Source: Nitrospiraceae bacterium (lineage in GTDB: Bacteria > Nitrospirota > Nitrospiria > Nitrospirales > Nitrospiraceae). From it: DNA of 64,000 nt. Positions 17,919-26,982 of the stretch are shown one piece after another. The stretch's first letter is position 1. Each line of letters opens with the position of its first letter. The translations under genes were made by a program, and so were the position numbers. The notes beneath the pieces were generated by a model. It was not told the DNA's origin, made no database searches, and saw only the letters and a program-made list of their open reading frames with translations. The stretch spans positions 4,646 through 68,645 of the forward strand of contig JBFJQA010000001.1 of NCBI GenBank assembly GCA_041616875.1, written 5' to 3'.

Positions 17919-18419
17919 CTACAAAGTGAGCATGCCTTGCTCGGACGAGGCGGAGCCTCTCGATTTCGGACGTTCTCGAAATTCCCACGGGGGAATAGGA
18001 TCCACACCCGCCCACAATCCACGCCGAGCGGCTCGAGCCTCAGCCTCCAACTCTGCTAGCCTCGTCTCGTTAGGAAATCGTCGATCCCACCAGGCCAGGC
18101 CGGCGCTGACCAATTCGTGATTCAGGCTGGTTCCGTCCGGAAGGATCACTATCCCGACCGTATGACCGTATTTATCAAGCCCCCAGGCCTTGACCGTGAT
18201 GGTTTTTCCCAGCGCCCAGTTCGCCGCGGCTTGCCTGGCTTCCTTCCCATATTCCTGGGCGAGTTCTGGACAATCGATCCCGTACAGCCGAATATGCTCC
18301 CGGTCACCATCGTGGAGATAGGTCAGGGTGTTTCCGTCAATGACCTCGACCACCTGGCCGGTAAACTCAACCGCGAAGGTCGCGCAACCCAACGGAGCAA
18401 GCAAGAGCAGGCAAGCCAT
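17919..18419 (-). CDS. thermonuclease (staphylococcal nuclease/SNase family) lipoprotein
   Basis: ATG 18419 gives MACLLLLAPLGC with a lipobox. The core GQVVEVIDGNTLT..IRLYGIDCPE..YGKEA..DKYGHTVG..LNHELVSAGLAWW..AEARAARRGLWA is a classic SNase. Confidence 0.85.
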   Translation of the reverse strand: MACLLLLAPLGCATFAVEFTGQVVEVIDGNTLTYLHDGDREHIRLYGIDCPELAQEYGKEARQAAANWALGKTITVKAWGLDKYGHTVGIVILPDGTSLNHELVSAGLAWWDRRFPNETRLAELEAEARAARRGLWAGVDPIPPWEFRERPKSRGSASSEQGMLTL

Positions 18420-18549
18420 CAGCTCTCGATGTGGCCGAGGCACCTTCCAGCGGTCAGTCAGCACCTGAGATCTTCCCGCGAGGATTCTCGTCTCACACCT
18501 GGTGATTCTTCTACCCTGTGATCGCTTCTATCAGCGCCGGGGCATCGTG

Positions 18550-18960
18550 CTAGCATCCGGATCTGCCAACCCGCTTAAAGGTATCGGCCCCGGTAAGCAT
18601 GGTAGACCACAAATGTTTAATGTCATGCCCATCGACCGCATTTCTCGCCATATGCCACAGGGTCATGATCTGCTCCTGCCCGTCTTCCACGGCGTGCTGG
18701 CCGGCCCAAGCCGTGAGCGACCCATATGATCCGAAGTTCACACAAAAGACGATCAAATCATCTGTTGCGAACCCACAGAGGTCAAAAGCTTCTTCTTCAG
18801 GTGCTTCTCCCACACCGGTTCTATATTTGCCCTCGACGACCCCTTTGTCGATGGTGAGGGACATTTCCGAGCCAAGTTCGTTTATCCAGCGGCCTGAAAA
18901 ATCGACATGGGCCCCGGATGTGGCTTTGCGGGTCAGGTTCTTGCTGAAACGCGGAATCAT
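18550..18960 (-). CDS. avidin/streptavidin-family protein, no signal peptide
   Basis: FSGRWINELGSEMSLTI..GKYRTGVG..GSLTAWAGQ..MTLWHMA..KHLWSTMLTGADTFKRV is collinear with the streptavidin core TGTWYNQLGSTFIV..GTYESAVGN..HSATTWSGQ..NTQWLLT..ANAWKSTLVGHDTFTKV. Strong RBS (AAAGGAGG). Confidence 0.8.
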   Translation of the reverse strand: MIPRFSKNLTRKATSGAHVDFSGRWINELGSEMSLTIDKGVVEGKYRTGVGEAPEEEAFDLCGFATDDLIVFCVNFGSYGSLTAWAGQHAVEDGQEQIMTLWHMARNAVDGHDIKHLWSTMLTGADTFKRVGRSGC

Positions 18961-18972
18961 GGAACCTCCTTT

Positions 18973-19641
18973 TCACCCTGAAGGAATTGATGTAGTAGCC
19001 TGTGCCATCACTTCACGAGAGAGGCTCTGGTGAGGGAAACTTCGCATTGAATCACTCGACACCCCGGTGTATGAGCTCTTTTTGATTTCTTCGATCCGCT
19101 TGATGACTCCTTCGAGCTGTCTCAATCGTTGTCGGGTCAAGTTCACCTCGGTCTGAAGTTGTTCAATCATTTCTTTTTCCATGATGGCAACGAGAGCGCG
19201 GAGCCGCGCTGTCTCCCTCTTGAGCCCTTCCTGGCTGGATTTGAAATTCTGGACCTGGCCAGACAGATCCTCAATCGCTGATTGGTGCGTCCCGGCTTCT
19301 GTCTCGAGTGACTTCAGTGCGATTTGAGTGGTTTTGACCTGCTCTTGCGTGTTTTCGACGGCGACACCCAACGACTTCAGCAGCGTGATGTCTGCCTTCA
19401 TGTTTTCGAGTTCTCGATTGAGTTGATCCAGGGCCTTCTGCGTTTCCGACAGTTGTCCCTCCAAGTCCGAACGGACCTCCCGAATATCTCCCCGTGTCGC
19501 ACACCCCACGATGACCAATGTGCAGAGGACCACGAGGATCACGTAGCCTATCCTCCCCACCTCCTTGAAGCACCTTCTTGACCCTCTAGGTGAGTCTGCG
19601 AATCCGTGACGGCTGACTCTACGCTGGACATGAGATTGCAT
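18973..19641 (-). CDS. coiled-coil lipoprotein (hypothetical)
   Basis: Hydrophobic segment YVILVVLCTLVIVGC with a lipobox, followed by about 150 residues of heptad-like Q/E/L-rich sequence. The start codon is uncertain. Confidence 0.5.
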   Translation of the reverse strand: MQSHVQRRVSRHGFADSPRGSRRCFKEVGRIGYVILVVLCTLVIVGCATRGDIREVRSDLEGQLSETQKALDQLNRELENMKADITLLKSLGVAVENTQEQVKTTQIALKSLETEAGTHQSAIEDLSGQVQNFKSSQEGLKRETARLRALVAIMEKEMIEQLQTEVNLTRQRLRQLEGVIKRIEEIKKSSYTGVSSDSMRSFPHQSLSREVMAQATTSIPSG

Positions 19642-19922
19642 TGGCCTTCTCCCGGTTTTATTCGGACTGCTTCACTGTCAGGAAAGCGAATGGGAGTGTG
19701 CTCAAGCCCGGACCCAGGCATTCGCACAAACGTATTTAGGGACCATCTTTTCTTACTATTCAGCAAGAGCAGGGCCGCGGCGCTCCGGAATCGACTCAGA
19801 AAGGTTCCAGCAATGAAAACAACGATTTTGACATCTCAGCCGGGATATGTGCCAGATCCCAATGTGGAAATCTGCTACAAGCGAGTGTTGCTCGCTGTAG
19901 CTAAAATTCTCAGATGTTCCGC

Positions 19923-20663
19923 TCACACCTGCCGGCGTTCGACCAGGTTTTTCAAGCGCAAGGCGTCCATGGCTGCGTAGCCCTTCTCATCGTTGTCGAA
20001 GTAGTAGTAGACATCCTTCCCTGCGTTGGACCAGGATCGGCCTTGCTGGGCCCAGTTCGTGAGCGCGCGTCTGTCGTAGCGTCCTTGATACGGGTGGGCC
20101 GGTCCGTGGAGTCGAATATAGATGAAGTCGGCGGTGACTTGTCGAGGTGATTGGCGCCCGGCCAAGTCGTAGACGCAGAAGGCCCCGTTGTGCTCGGCAA
20201 GAGTCTCGTAGATTTCGGTGTCAAACCAGCTTTCGTCGCGGAACTCAAACGCATAACGATAGCCCTTCGGCAGGGCCATCAAGAATTTCTCGAGTCGTTC
20301 AGCATTCTGGTGCCAGTGCGGCGGCAGTTGGAACAGTATCGGCCCGAGTTTGCTGCGGAGGACTTCGATGGCATCGAAAAATCGTTTCACGCTCCGCTTC
20401 GGTTCGCGTAGCTTTTTCATGTGGGTGATGAAACGACTCGCTTTGCACGTAAATAGAAAGTCCTTTGGTGTCCCATCCAGCCATCCTTCAAGGGTCTGGG
20501 GGGTGGGTAACTGGTAGAACGTATTGTTAATTTCGACCGTGTGAAAGTGTTGTGCATAAAAGAAGAGAAATCGATCACCGGTCATGCCTTTTGGATAAAA
20601 AGGTCCGACCCAGTGGCCGTAATGCCAGCCTGCAGTCCCGATGTATATGCGACCGCGCGCCAT
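19923..20663 (-). CDS. DUF72 (YecE-like) protein
   Basis: IYIGTAGWHYGHWVGPFYP..FHTVEINNTFYQLP..LGPILFQLPP.. is the characteristic DUF72 pattern. Confidence 0.85.
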   Translation of the reverse strand: MARGRIYIGTAGWHYGHWVGPFYPKGMTGDRFLFFYAQHFHTVEINNTFYQLPTPQTLEGWLDGTPKDFLFTCKASRFITHMKKLREPKRSVKRFFDAIEVLRSKLGPILFQLPPHWHQNAERLEKFLMALPKGYRYAFEFRDESWFDTEIYETLAEHNGAFCVYDLAGRQSPRQVTADFIYIRLHGPAHPYQGRYDRRALTNWAQQGRSWSNAGKDVYYYFDNDEKGYAAMDALRLKNLVERRQV

Positions 20664-20722
20664 TGCCCGTTAACTCTCAGCTGGTGACACGGCTCATGGA
20701 TCGCCCGGAGGACTCTGCAGGC

Positions 20723-22384
20723 CTATTGTTCTTTACGTGAAAGGTTGAGAGTGAGGTTGAGGAGTTCTGATTCACTTAAGATTTGCTGATGGAGTGAGCT
20801 GTCTGAGCGCAGCAGCTTTGTCCCCAGCCCTGCGGCCAGATTTCTGTAGATGATGACTCCAATGTCAGGCCGTTGCCGAACAAGTCGCCCCAGTTGCTTG
20901 TGGGTCAGGACGGCTGCCTCCACCGGAGTCTCTGCCGTTGCGGTGGCGGAATGGGGACTGCCTGACAGGAGCGACAGCTCGCCCAAGATTTCGCCCTTCC
21001 CCACGGTGCCGATCCCCACCGCTGGCGTGCCGAAGCTGACATTGATCTTGCCATCGAGCACAATATACATGCGATCGGCCTCTTCCTTTTCCCGAAAAAC
21101 CTGCTCCCCGGTCGCGAACTCTTTGAGAGAGCAGGCCCCTGCTAAACGGGTGGCTTGCTCGTCGGTAAACCCCTGAAACAAAGCAATGTCTGCCACCACC
21201 TTGGCCAGACGAGGTGTGACCATCCGACTTGTGAAGCCGCGCATGACGACCTCCACAACTTCCTTCATCGGGGGGGTCAACCCCAGGGTGCCAAGCTTTC
21301 GGAGGCGCGTGAGGCGGACCATCTTAATGATGTCCAACCGTTCAACTTCATGGAACACCATGGCCGGAATGTAAGCCACAGGGAGAAAATTCAGCTCGAG
21401 AAGCGTCCGCTGCATGCGGGGCGCATGAGCGCTCACATCGACCTCGATATAGTCGACGCCACGCTCTTCTCGACACCGGCGTTCCAATTCGGAAAGTAGG
21501 AATCGAATCGCATAGTCATTTAACGTGATGAGCTCAAACACATTCACGCTGGGTTCCATGGGGTCTTGCGTGAAACCAATAGCGCCGACGATCTGATCTC
21601 CCTCCTTGGCCAAGTAATAAGTTGCATGGCGTCCACTTAGCTTAAAAAAGCCGTACTCCAGACGCATGGAGCCGAAGACTTCTCGATTCCGGGTTCTTCC
21701 CCGTTCGATTCGCAGCAGCGCCGGGAACCCTTCCACCTGGAGTTCCTCGAGGCGGTAGTCCCCCCCATGGGGATACGGAGGGGATTCCTCGTCCACGATG
21801 AGATCGCAAGGGAGGTTGCCCAGCTTCATGACCAGGTTGGCCAGCGGGTAGACTTCCGGAATGATCCGAGGGTTATTTTTTCGGAGGGCTATGGCGTCAC
21901 CAAAGTGCCTGGCCAGGAGCGCGAAGCTTTCTCGGTGTTTGAACTGGTGGCGGAATGGGAGAAACCCCACTGGATAAAAATGATGCGCCAGGCTGATTTG
22001 TTGGGCATAGGGATGGACAACCCTGGCCACGACGAGCCCCACATGGAGTCGCTCCTCGATAGCCTCCAGTCGTTTGGCCATGAGGAGCTTCCCGATGCCT
22101 TGTCGTCGAAAGTCGGGATGCACGGCCAGCCGTCCGAATTCGGCGACCAGATCTGAATGGGCTCCGAAGTCCAAGAGGACGGAGGCCGTGCCAGCCAGGC
22201 GCCCGGACTCCGTGTCCTCAGCGACCAAGATCAGCGCGTCGTCGGTGAAAATAGATTTTTTCAGCCAGTGTTCGTCAAACACTTCTTGGTGGGGATACTC
22301 CTTCCCATACACTTCGACGTATAGATCCCGAATGGCGGGGACATCGGCTTCCCGGGCAGGTCGGACGTGAATCATAGCGGTCAC
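20723..22384 (-). CDS. GNAT acetyltransferase (two GNAT-like modules) fused to a C-terminal cyclic-nucleotide-binding domain
   Basis: N-terminal GNAT with acetyl-CoA loop RLAVHPDFRRQGIGKLLM and a second GNAT-like module. The C-terminal cNMP fold reads FQGFTDEQ..GEQVFREKEEADRMYIVLDGKI..GKGEILGELSLLSGSPHSATATA. Confidence 0.8.
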   Translation of the reverse strand: MTAMIHVRPAREADVPAIRDLYVEVYGKEYPHQEVFDEHWLKKSIFTDDALILVAEDTESGRLAGTASVLLDFGAHSDLVAEFGRLAVHPDFRRQGIGKLLMAKRLEAIEERLHVGLVVARVVHPYAQQISLAHHFYPVGFLPFRHQFKHRESFALLARHFGDAIALRKNNPRIIPEVYPLANLVMKLGNLPCDLIVDEESPPYPHGGDYRLEELQVEGFPALLRIERGRTRNREVFGSMRLEYGFFKLSGRHATYYLAKEGDQIVGAIGFTQDPMEPSVNVFELITLNDYAIRFLLSELERRCREERGVDYIEVDVSAHAPRMQRTLLELNFLPVAYIPAMVFHEVERLDIIKMVRLTRLRKLGTLGLTPPMKEVVEVVMRGFTSRMVTPRLAKVVADIALFQGFTDEQATRLAGACSLKEFATGEQVFREKEEADRMYIVLDGKINVSFGTPAVGIGTVGKGEILGELSLLSGSPHSATATAETPVEAAVLTHKQLGRLVRQRPDIGVIIYRNLAAGLGTKLLRSDSSLHQQILSESELLNLTLNLSRKEQ

Positions 22385-22391
22385 CTTTGAC

Positions 22392-23576
22392 TTAAGGCTG
22401 GGCTACGGACTCCCTTAATCTAATGCCGGCGAGCCTGGCCAACTTGTAGAAGTACTCGGCCCCCACCGCGAGCGCCTGTTCGTCAAAATCAAACTTGCTG
22501 GAATGGGCTGGAAACCCTTCGAGTCCTGGAACCTGGCCTCCGAAACGAACATACGCCCCTGGAATCTTTCCCAGGTAGTAGCTGAAGTCCTCTGCACCCA
22601 TGTTCGCTGTTTTCAGAGGGAGGATGTTGGATTCTCCCACGACTTCAGACGCCGCCTGACGCGCCAATCTCGCCATCTCAGGAGAATTGATCAGGGGGGG
22701 CGTCCCAGTACGGATTTCCACATTGATTTTCGCGCTGTGCAACTGCGCAATCGATTCTGCAATCCGCTTAATGCCTGCGTTCAAATGTTGCCTGACCTCC
22801 GGGTCCTGGGCCCGCACGGTGCCTTCAAGTCTCGCTTGTCCGGCGATCACGTTAGGAGCCGTTCCGGCCTCGAAGAGACCCACCGACACGACGGAAGGAT
22901 GTGCAGGGTCGACTTCACGAGAGACGATGGTCTGAATCGCGATGACCATGAGGCTGCCTACGACAACGGCATCGATGCTTTCGTGCGGCCTGGCCCCATG
23001 TGCGCCTTGACCAATGATATCGATCCGAAACGAGTCCGATGAGGCATTGACAGGTCCTTCACTGGCCACAATTGTGCCCGCGAGGTAGTGTCGATCGAGG
23101 TGCCCACCAAAGATCATTCCGGCGCCATCCAACACCCCTTCCTTGATCATGGCGAGGGCGCCCGCTCCCTTTTCCTCGGCAGGCTGAAAGATCAACCGCA
23201 CCGGTGCTGGTAAGTCTTGTTCCTGAGCGAGCAGTGCCGCTGCGCCGAGCAGGATTGCCGTGTGTCCGTCATGCCCACAGGCATGCATGACTCCCTCATG
23301 GACCGACGCAAACTCGAGCCCCGTCTCCTCCTTGATCGGGAGGGCATCCGTATCGGCCCGCAGTACGACATAGGGAACTCCCTTTGGCCCTGGGAGTTCC
23401 GCAACCACTCCTGTTCCCGCTACCTTCGACTGATAGGCGATTCCCAGGCTTTCAAGGAATGTGCAGATCGTGTCGGCCGTCCGCGTTTCCTGCCAACTGA
23501 GCTCCGGGAAGCGGTGAATGTCTCGCCGAACTGAGATCACTCTCTTGAAGAGATCAGAGTCGATCATGGCCGTCAT
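22392..23576 (-). CDS. M20D-family amidohydrolase (N-acyl-amino-acid deacylase/hippuricase-like)
   Basis: MHACGHDGH metal-binding motif, FQPAEE, and GAEDFSYY near the C-terminus. 394 aa. Confidence 0.85.
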   Translation of the reverse strand: MTAMIDSDLFKRVISVRRDIHRFPELSWQETRTADTICTFLESLGIAYQSKVAGTGVVAELPGPKGVPYVVLRADTDALPIKEETGLEFASVHEGVMHACGHDGHTAILLGAAALLAQEQDLPAPVRLIFQPAEEKGAGALAMIKEGVLDGAGMIFGGHLDRHYLAGTIVASEGPVNASSDSFRIDIIGQGAHGARPHESIDAVVVGSLMVIAIQTIVSREVDPAHPSVVSVGLFEAGTAPNVIAGQARLEGTVRAQDPEVRQHLNAGIKRIAESIAQLHSAKINVEIRTGTPPLINSPEMARLARQAASEVVGESNILPLKTANMGAEDFSYYLGKIPGAYVRFGGQVPGLEGFPAHSSKFDFDEQALAVGAEYFYKLARLAGIRLRESVAQP

Positions 23577-23926
23577 GAGGTCGTCATCCTTTCTTGCTTA
23601 GACTGACTTTTGGAATCGGCCCTTTTTCCGCGGTGACGAGCACCCTGTGTTCTTCTGTTGATGTGCAATTTTAGCACCTTATTTTGAGTGCCCCCACTCT
23701 CCCCATGTGCCCTTTCTCTGTCGGCTCGGATTGGAAAGCTGGGTTGCGTTGATGCAAATCTCCACGCCAGGCGACACCTGCCTGGTGAATAATGCTACAC
23801 CAGGTGTCGCCACGTGGCGGCCTGGAGGTACTCCAATGATCTGAATTCGTAACGCTTTCGTCTCACGGCGACGGTGGGTGTGTTGGTCCGTGCCTTGCAC
23901 AAACGTCGCAGCGGAGGATCCTGTCC

Positions 23927-25693
23927 ATGCCATGGGACACCATAGCCAAGTCGGGGCAAGATTGGAAGGTCGGACCAAACCTTGAGGATTACGACAGGAC
24001 GCGTTCCGAGTTTTCCTGGGAGAAGGCTACTCGCGAGCTGGAAGGGCTTCCAGGCGGGGAGGGGCTCAATATCGCCTATGAGGCTGTGGATCGCCATGCT
24101 GCAGGAATTCGGGGACACCATGTGGCCATCAAGTGGCTTGGCAAGCGTGACGAAATTCAGGAATTTACCTACGACCGCCTCCGTGGCCTGACAAACAGGT
24201 TCGCCAATGTGCTTCGGGAACTCGGGGTCGTCAAGGGTGATCGGGTCTACGCCCTGGCTGGCCGTATTCCGGAGCTCTACATCGCTGCGATTGGGACGCT
24301 GAAAAATCGGAGCGTCTTCTGCCCCCTTTTCTCAGCTTTCGGACCCGAACCCATTCAGGCACGTGCTTCAATCGGCCAGGCCAAGGTGTTGGTCACCACC
24401 GAATCGTTGTACAAGCGCAAGGTCGCCACCCTGAGGACGTCACTTCCCCATCTGAAGTATGTCCTCCTGATCGGCGAGGACCATACGCCAACTCATGTGT
24501 CGGAGACCTTGGACTACAGGCAGCTGATGGACCAGGCGAGTGAGCAGTACACCATTGAGCCTACCGATCCAGAAGACATGGCGCTCTTGCACTTCACGAG
24601 CGGGACGACCGGCAAACCCAAGGGGGCCGTCCATGTTCACCAAGCGGTCGTGGCCCACCACATCACCGGCAAGCTTGCTCTGGACTTGCACCGCGACGAC
24701 ATCTTTTGGTGCACGGCCGATCCTGGCTGGGTCACTGGGACATCCTACGGAATTATTGCTCCCCTAACCAACGGGGTCACGATGATTGTGGATGAAGCCG
24801 AGTTCGATGCGGAGCGCTGGTATCGGATTCTTCAGACGCACAACGTCTCGGTGTGGTATACGGCCCCGACCGCTATTCGAATGATGATGAAGGGAGGCGT
24901 GGACCTCGTTCGTAAGTACATGTATCCCAAACTGCGATTTCTGGCCAGCGTCGGGGAGCCGCTCAATCCAGAAGCCGTCGTGTGGGGGCAAGAAGCCTTT
25001 GGGCGTCCCTTTCACGACAACTGGTGGCAGACTGAGACGGGGGGCATCATGATCTCCAACTATGCCGCCATGGACGTTCGGCCGGGGTCCATGGGTCGTC
25101 CATTGCCAGGCATTGACGCGGCAATCGTCAGGAGAACCGAGGATGGTCGAGTAGAGGAGATCAAAGAACCAGGCATCCAAGGTGAATTGGCCCTCCGGCC
25201 GGGCTGGCCTTCCATGTTTCGCACATATTTGAATGAAGCCGAGCGGTACCAGAAGTGCTTCGTCGGAGGCTTCTATCTAACTGGCGATCTCGCCAAACGG
25301 GATGCGGACGGCTACTTTTGGTTTGTTGGTCGGGCGGACGATGTCATCAAGACATCAGGGCATTTGATTGGACCCTTCGAGGTTGAAAGCGCATTGATCG
25401 AGCATCCGGCTGTGGCGGAGGCCGGTGTGATCGGGAAGCCGGATCCTGTTGCGATGGAGGTCGTCAAAGCCTTTGTCTCCCTGAAAGATGGGTATGAACC
25501 CTCACACGCCCTTCAGCGGGAACTCCTGGGGTTCGCTCGAACGCGATTGGGGGCTGCCGTGGCGCCGAAGGAAATCCAATTCCTGCCCTCCTTGCCAAAA
25601 ACCAGGAGTGGCAAGATCATGCGGCGATTGCTCAAGGCTCGAGAGTTGGGTCTGCCGGAAGGGGATACCTCCACGTTGGAAGGCACGGCGTGA
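23927..25693 (+). CDS. acs: AMP-forming acetyl-CoA synthetase (AcsA-like acyl-CoA ligase)
   Basis: AMP-binding motif [17 protein letters not shown], and A10 motif [11 protein letters not shown] containing the catalytic (and in other species acetylatable) Lys. Confidence 0.9.
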   Translation: MPWDTIAKSGQDWKVGPNLEDYDRTRSEFSWEKATRELEGLPGGEGLNIAYEAVDRHAAGIRGHHVAIKWLGKRDEIQEFTYDRLRGLTNRFANVLRELGVVKGDRVYALAGRIPELYIAAIGTLKNRSVFCPLFSAFGPEPIQARASIGQAKVLVTTESLYKRKVATLRTSLPHLKYVLLIGEDHTPTHVSETLDYRQLMDQASEQYTIEPTDPEDMALLHFTSGTTGKPKGAVHVHQAVVAHHITGKLALDLHRDDIFWCTADPGWVTGTSYGIIAPLTNGVTMIVDEAEFDAERWYRILQTHNVSVWYTAPTAIRMMMKGGVDLVRKYMYPKLRFLASVGEPLNPEAVVWGQEAFGRPFHDNWWQTETGGIMISNYAAMDVRPGSMGRPLPGIDAAIVRRTEDGRVEEIKEPGIQGELALRPGWPSMFRTYLNEAERYQKCFVGGFYLTGDLAKRDADGYFWFVGRADDVIKTSGHLIGPFEVESALIEHPAVAEAGVIGKPDPVAMEVVKAFVSLKDGYEPSHALQRELLGFARTRLGAAVAPKEIQFLPSLPKTRSGKIMRRLLKARELGLPEGDTSTLEGTA

Positions 25694-25788
25694 GACGTAA
25701 AGCGTGATGCGTTATGAGCGCTAGGAAGCCGGAAAATCACCGACCGATGTTTTCCTCTCGACTTACCCATCACGCATCACCTATCACG
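25688..25788. repeat. intercistronic inverted-repeat element, copy A
   Basis: It begins on the acs stop (GCGTGAGACGTAAAGCGTGATGCGTTATGAGCG) and ends TTACCCATCACGCATCACCTATCACG. GTGATGCGT (25704-25712) is complementary to ACGCATCAC (25772-25780). The ends are homologous to copy B. Confidence 0.55.
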
Positions 25789-25805
25789 GGCTGGAGGCAC
25801 ACGAC

Positions 25806-26783
25806 ATGGCACTGGTAGCTGATCGCCCGCATGCCCTCAAGCTCTTGCGGGACATGCTGCGGATCCGCCGCTTCGAGGAGAAGGCGGCCGAATTGTATAG
25901 TGCGGGCAAGATCCGCGGGTTTCTCCATCTCTATATCGGGGAAGAAGCCGTGGCCGCCGGGGCCGTGCCTGTGCTGGAGGCGGACGATGCCATTGTCGCC
26001 ACGTACCGGGAGCATGGACACGCCTTAATGCGTGGGACCCCAATGGGTCCGCTGATGGCGGAATTGTACGGAAAGGCGAATGGATGCAGCCGGGGACGAG
26101 GGGGGTCGATGCATTTCTTCGATGCCTCTCGGCGGTTTTATGGGGGGCTGGCCATCGTGGCCGGTGGCCTTCCCATCGCCGTGGGGCTCGCTCTCGCTGA
26201 CAAGTTACAGGGTCTCTCGCGCGTGACAGCCTGTTTTTTTGGGGAGGGAGCCGTTGCCGAGGGGGAGTTTCATGAATCGATGAATCTGGCGGCCCTCTGG
26301 AAACTGCCGGTGCTGTTCCTCTGTGAGAACAATCTGTATGCGATGGGCACGGCGCTCAATCGGAGCGAGGCCCAAACCGACATTGCAGCGAAGGCTCAAG
26401 AATACGGCATGCCGGGCGAGGCCGTGGACGGTATGGATGTGTTGGCCGTTGAAGCGGCGATGCGAACCGCGGCGAAGGGTGTGCGGTCAGGGAACGGCCC
26501 CTCCCTCCTTGAATTCCGAACCTACCGATTCCGGGCCCATTCGATGTATGACGCGGAACTGTACCGTAAGAAGGATGAAGTCGAGGAGTGGAAACAGCAC
26601 GGTCCCATCGTCAATTTGGAGGGCCGTATGCGGGAGTGGAAGTGTCTGACGACCGACGACCTCAACGAGATGGAGACGGCGATCGCCAAGGAGATTGACG
26701 AAGCAGTGGACTTTGCCGAGGCTGGGTCGTGGGAATCCATTGAGGATTTGACGAAGGATGTGTATACGCCACCGAACGCGTGA
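25806..26783 (+). CDS. 2-oxoacid (pyruvate/acetoin) dehydrogenase E1 alpha, TPP-dependent
   Basis: TPP motif region [47 protein letters not shown] (phospho-loop region). Confidence 0.85.
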   Translation: MALVADRPHALKLLRDMLRIRRFEEKAAELYSAGKIRGFLHLYIGEEAVAAGAVPVLEADDAIVATYREHGHALMRGTPMGPLMAELYGKANGCSRGRGGSMHFFDASRRFYGGLAIVAGGLPIAVGLALADKLQGLSRVTACFFGEGAVAEGEFHESMNLAALWKLPVLFLCENNLYAMGTALNRSEAQTDIAAKAQEYGMPGEAVDGMDVLAVEAAMRTAAKGVRSGNGPSLLEFRTYRFRAHSMYDAELYRKKDEVEEWKQHGPIVNLEGRMREWKCLTTDDLNEMETAIAKEIDEAVDFAEAGSWESIEDLTKDVYTPPNA

Positions 26784-26979
26784 TGCGTAAAGCGTGATGG
26801 GTAATGGGTAATAAACGGGAACGAAGACGCGTGATGCGTGACAGGGAGATCGTTATGCGTCATGAGTTATGCGTAATGGGAAGAGGACAATGCTCCGCGC
26901 CGATGTCTTCCTTCCCCAGGACGTCTCACGCATAACACATCACTCTTCACGCGTTACGCATTACGACTCACCCATCACG
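26778..26979. repeat. intercistronic inverted-repeat element, copy B
   Basis: It begins on the E1-alpha stop (GCGTGATGCGTAAAGCGTGATGGGTAATGGGTAA). The left half is degenerate CGTGATG/GGTAATG/CGTTATG units and the right half their complements (CACGCATAAC.. CGCATTACG..). Terminal 10-mers CGTGATGGGT (26793-26802) and ACCCATCACG (26970-26979) are perfect complements. Confidence 0.6.
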
Positions 26980-26982
26980 GTT

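Noticed and set aside
23366-23400. TAGGGAACTCCCT / GGGAGTTCC resembling the CTAG palindrome core.
   Set aside because: It lies inside the M20 amidohydrolase coding sequence and lacks the CTAG caps and full dyad symmetry. It is probably chance.
26869-26982. N-terminal 38-codon extension of the E1-beta ORF (..[18 protein letters not shown]..), and the antisense ORF 26522..26863.
   Set aside because: The peptide is just the translation of the heptamer-based inverted-repeat element. The E1-beta homology starts at M(EA)[10 protein letters not shown].
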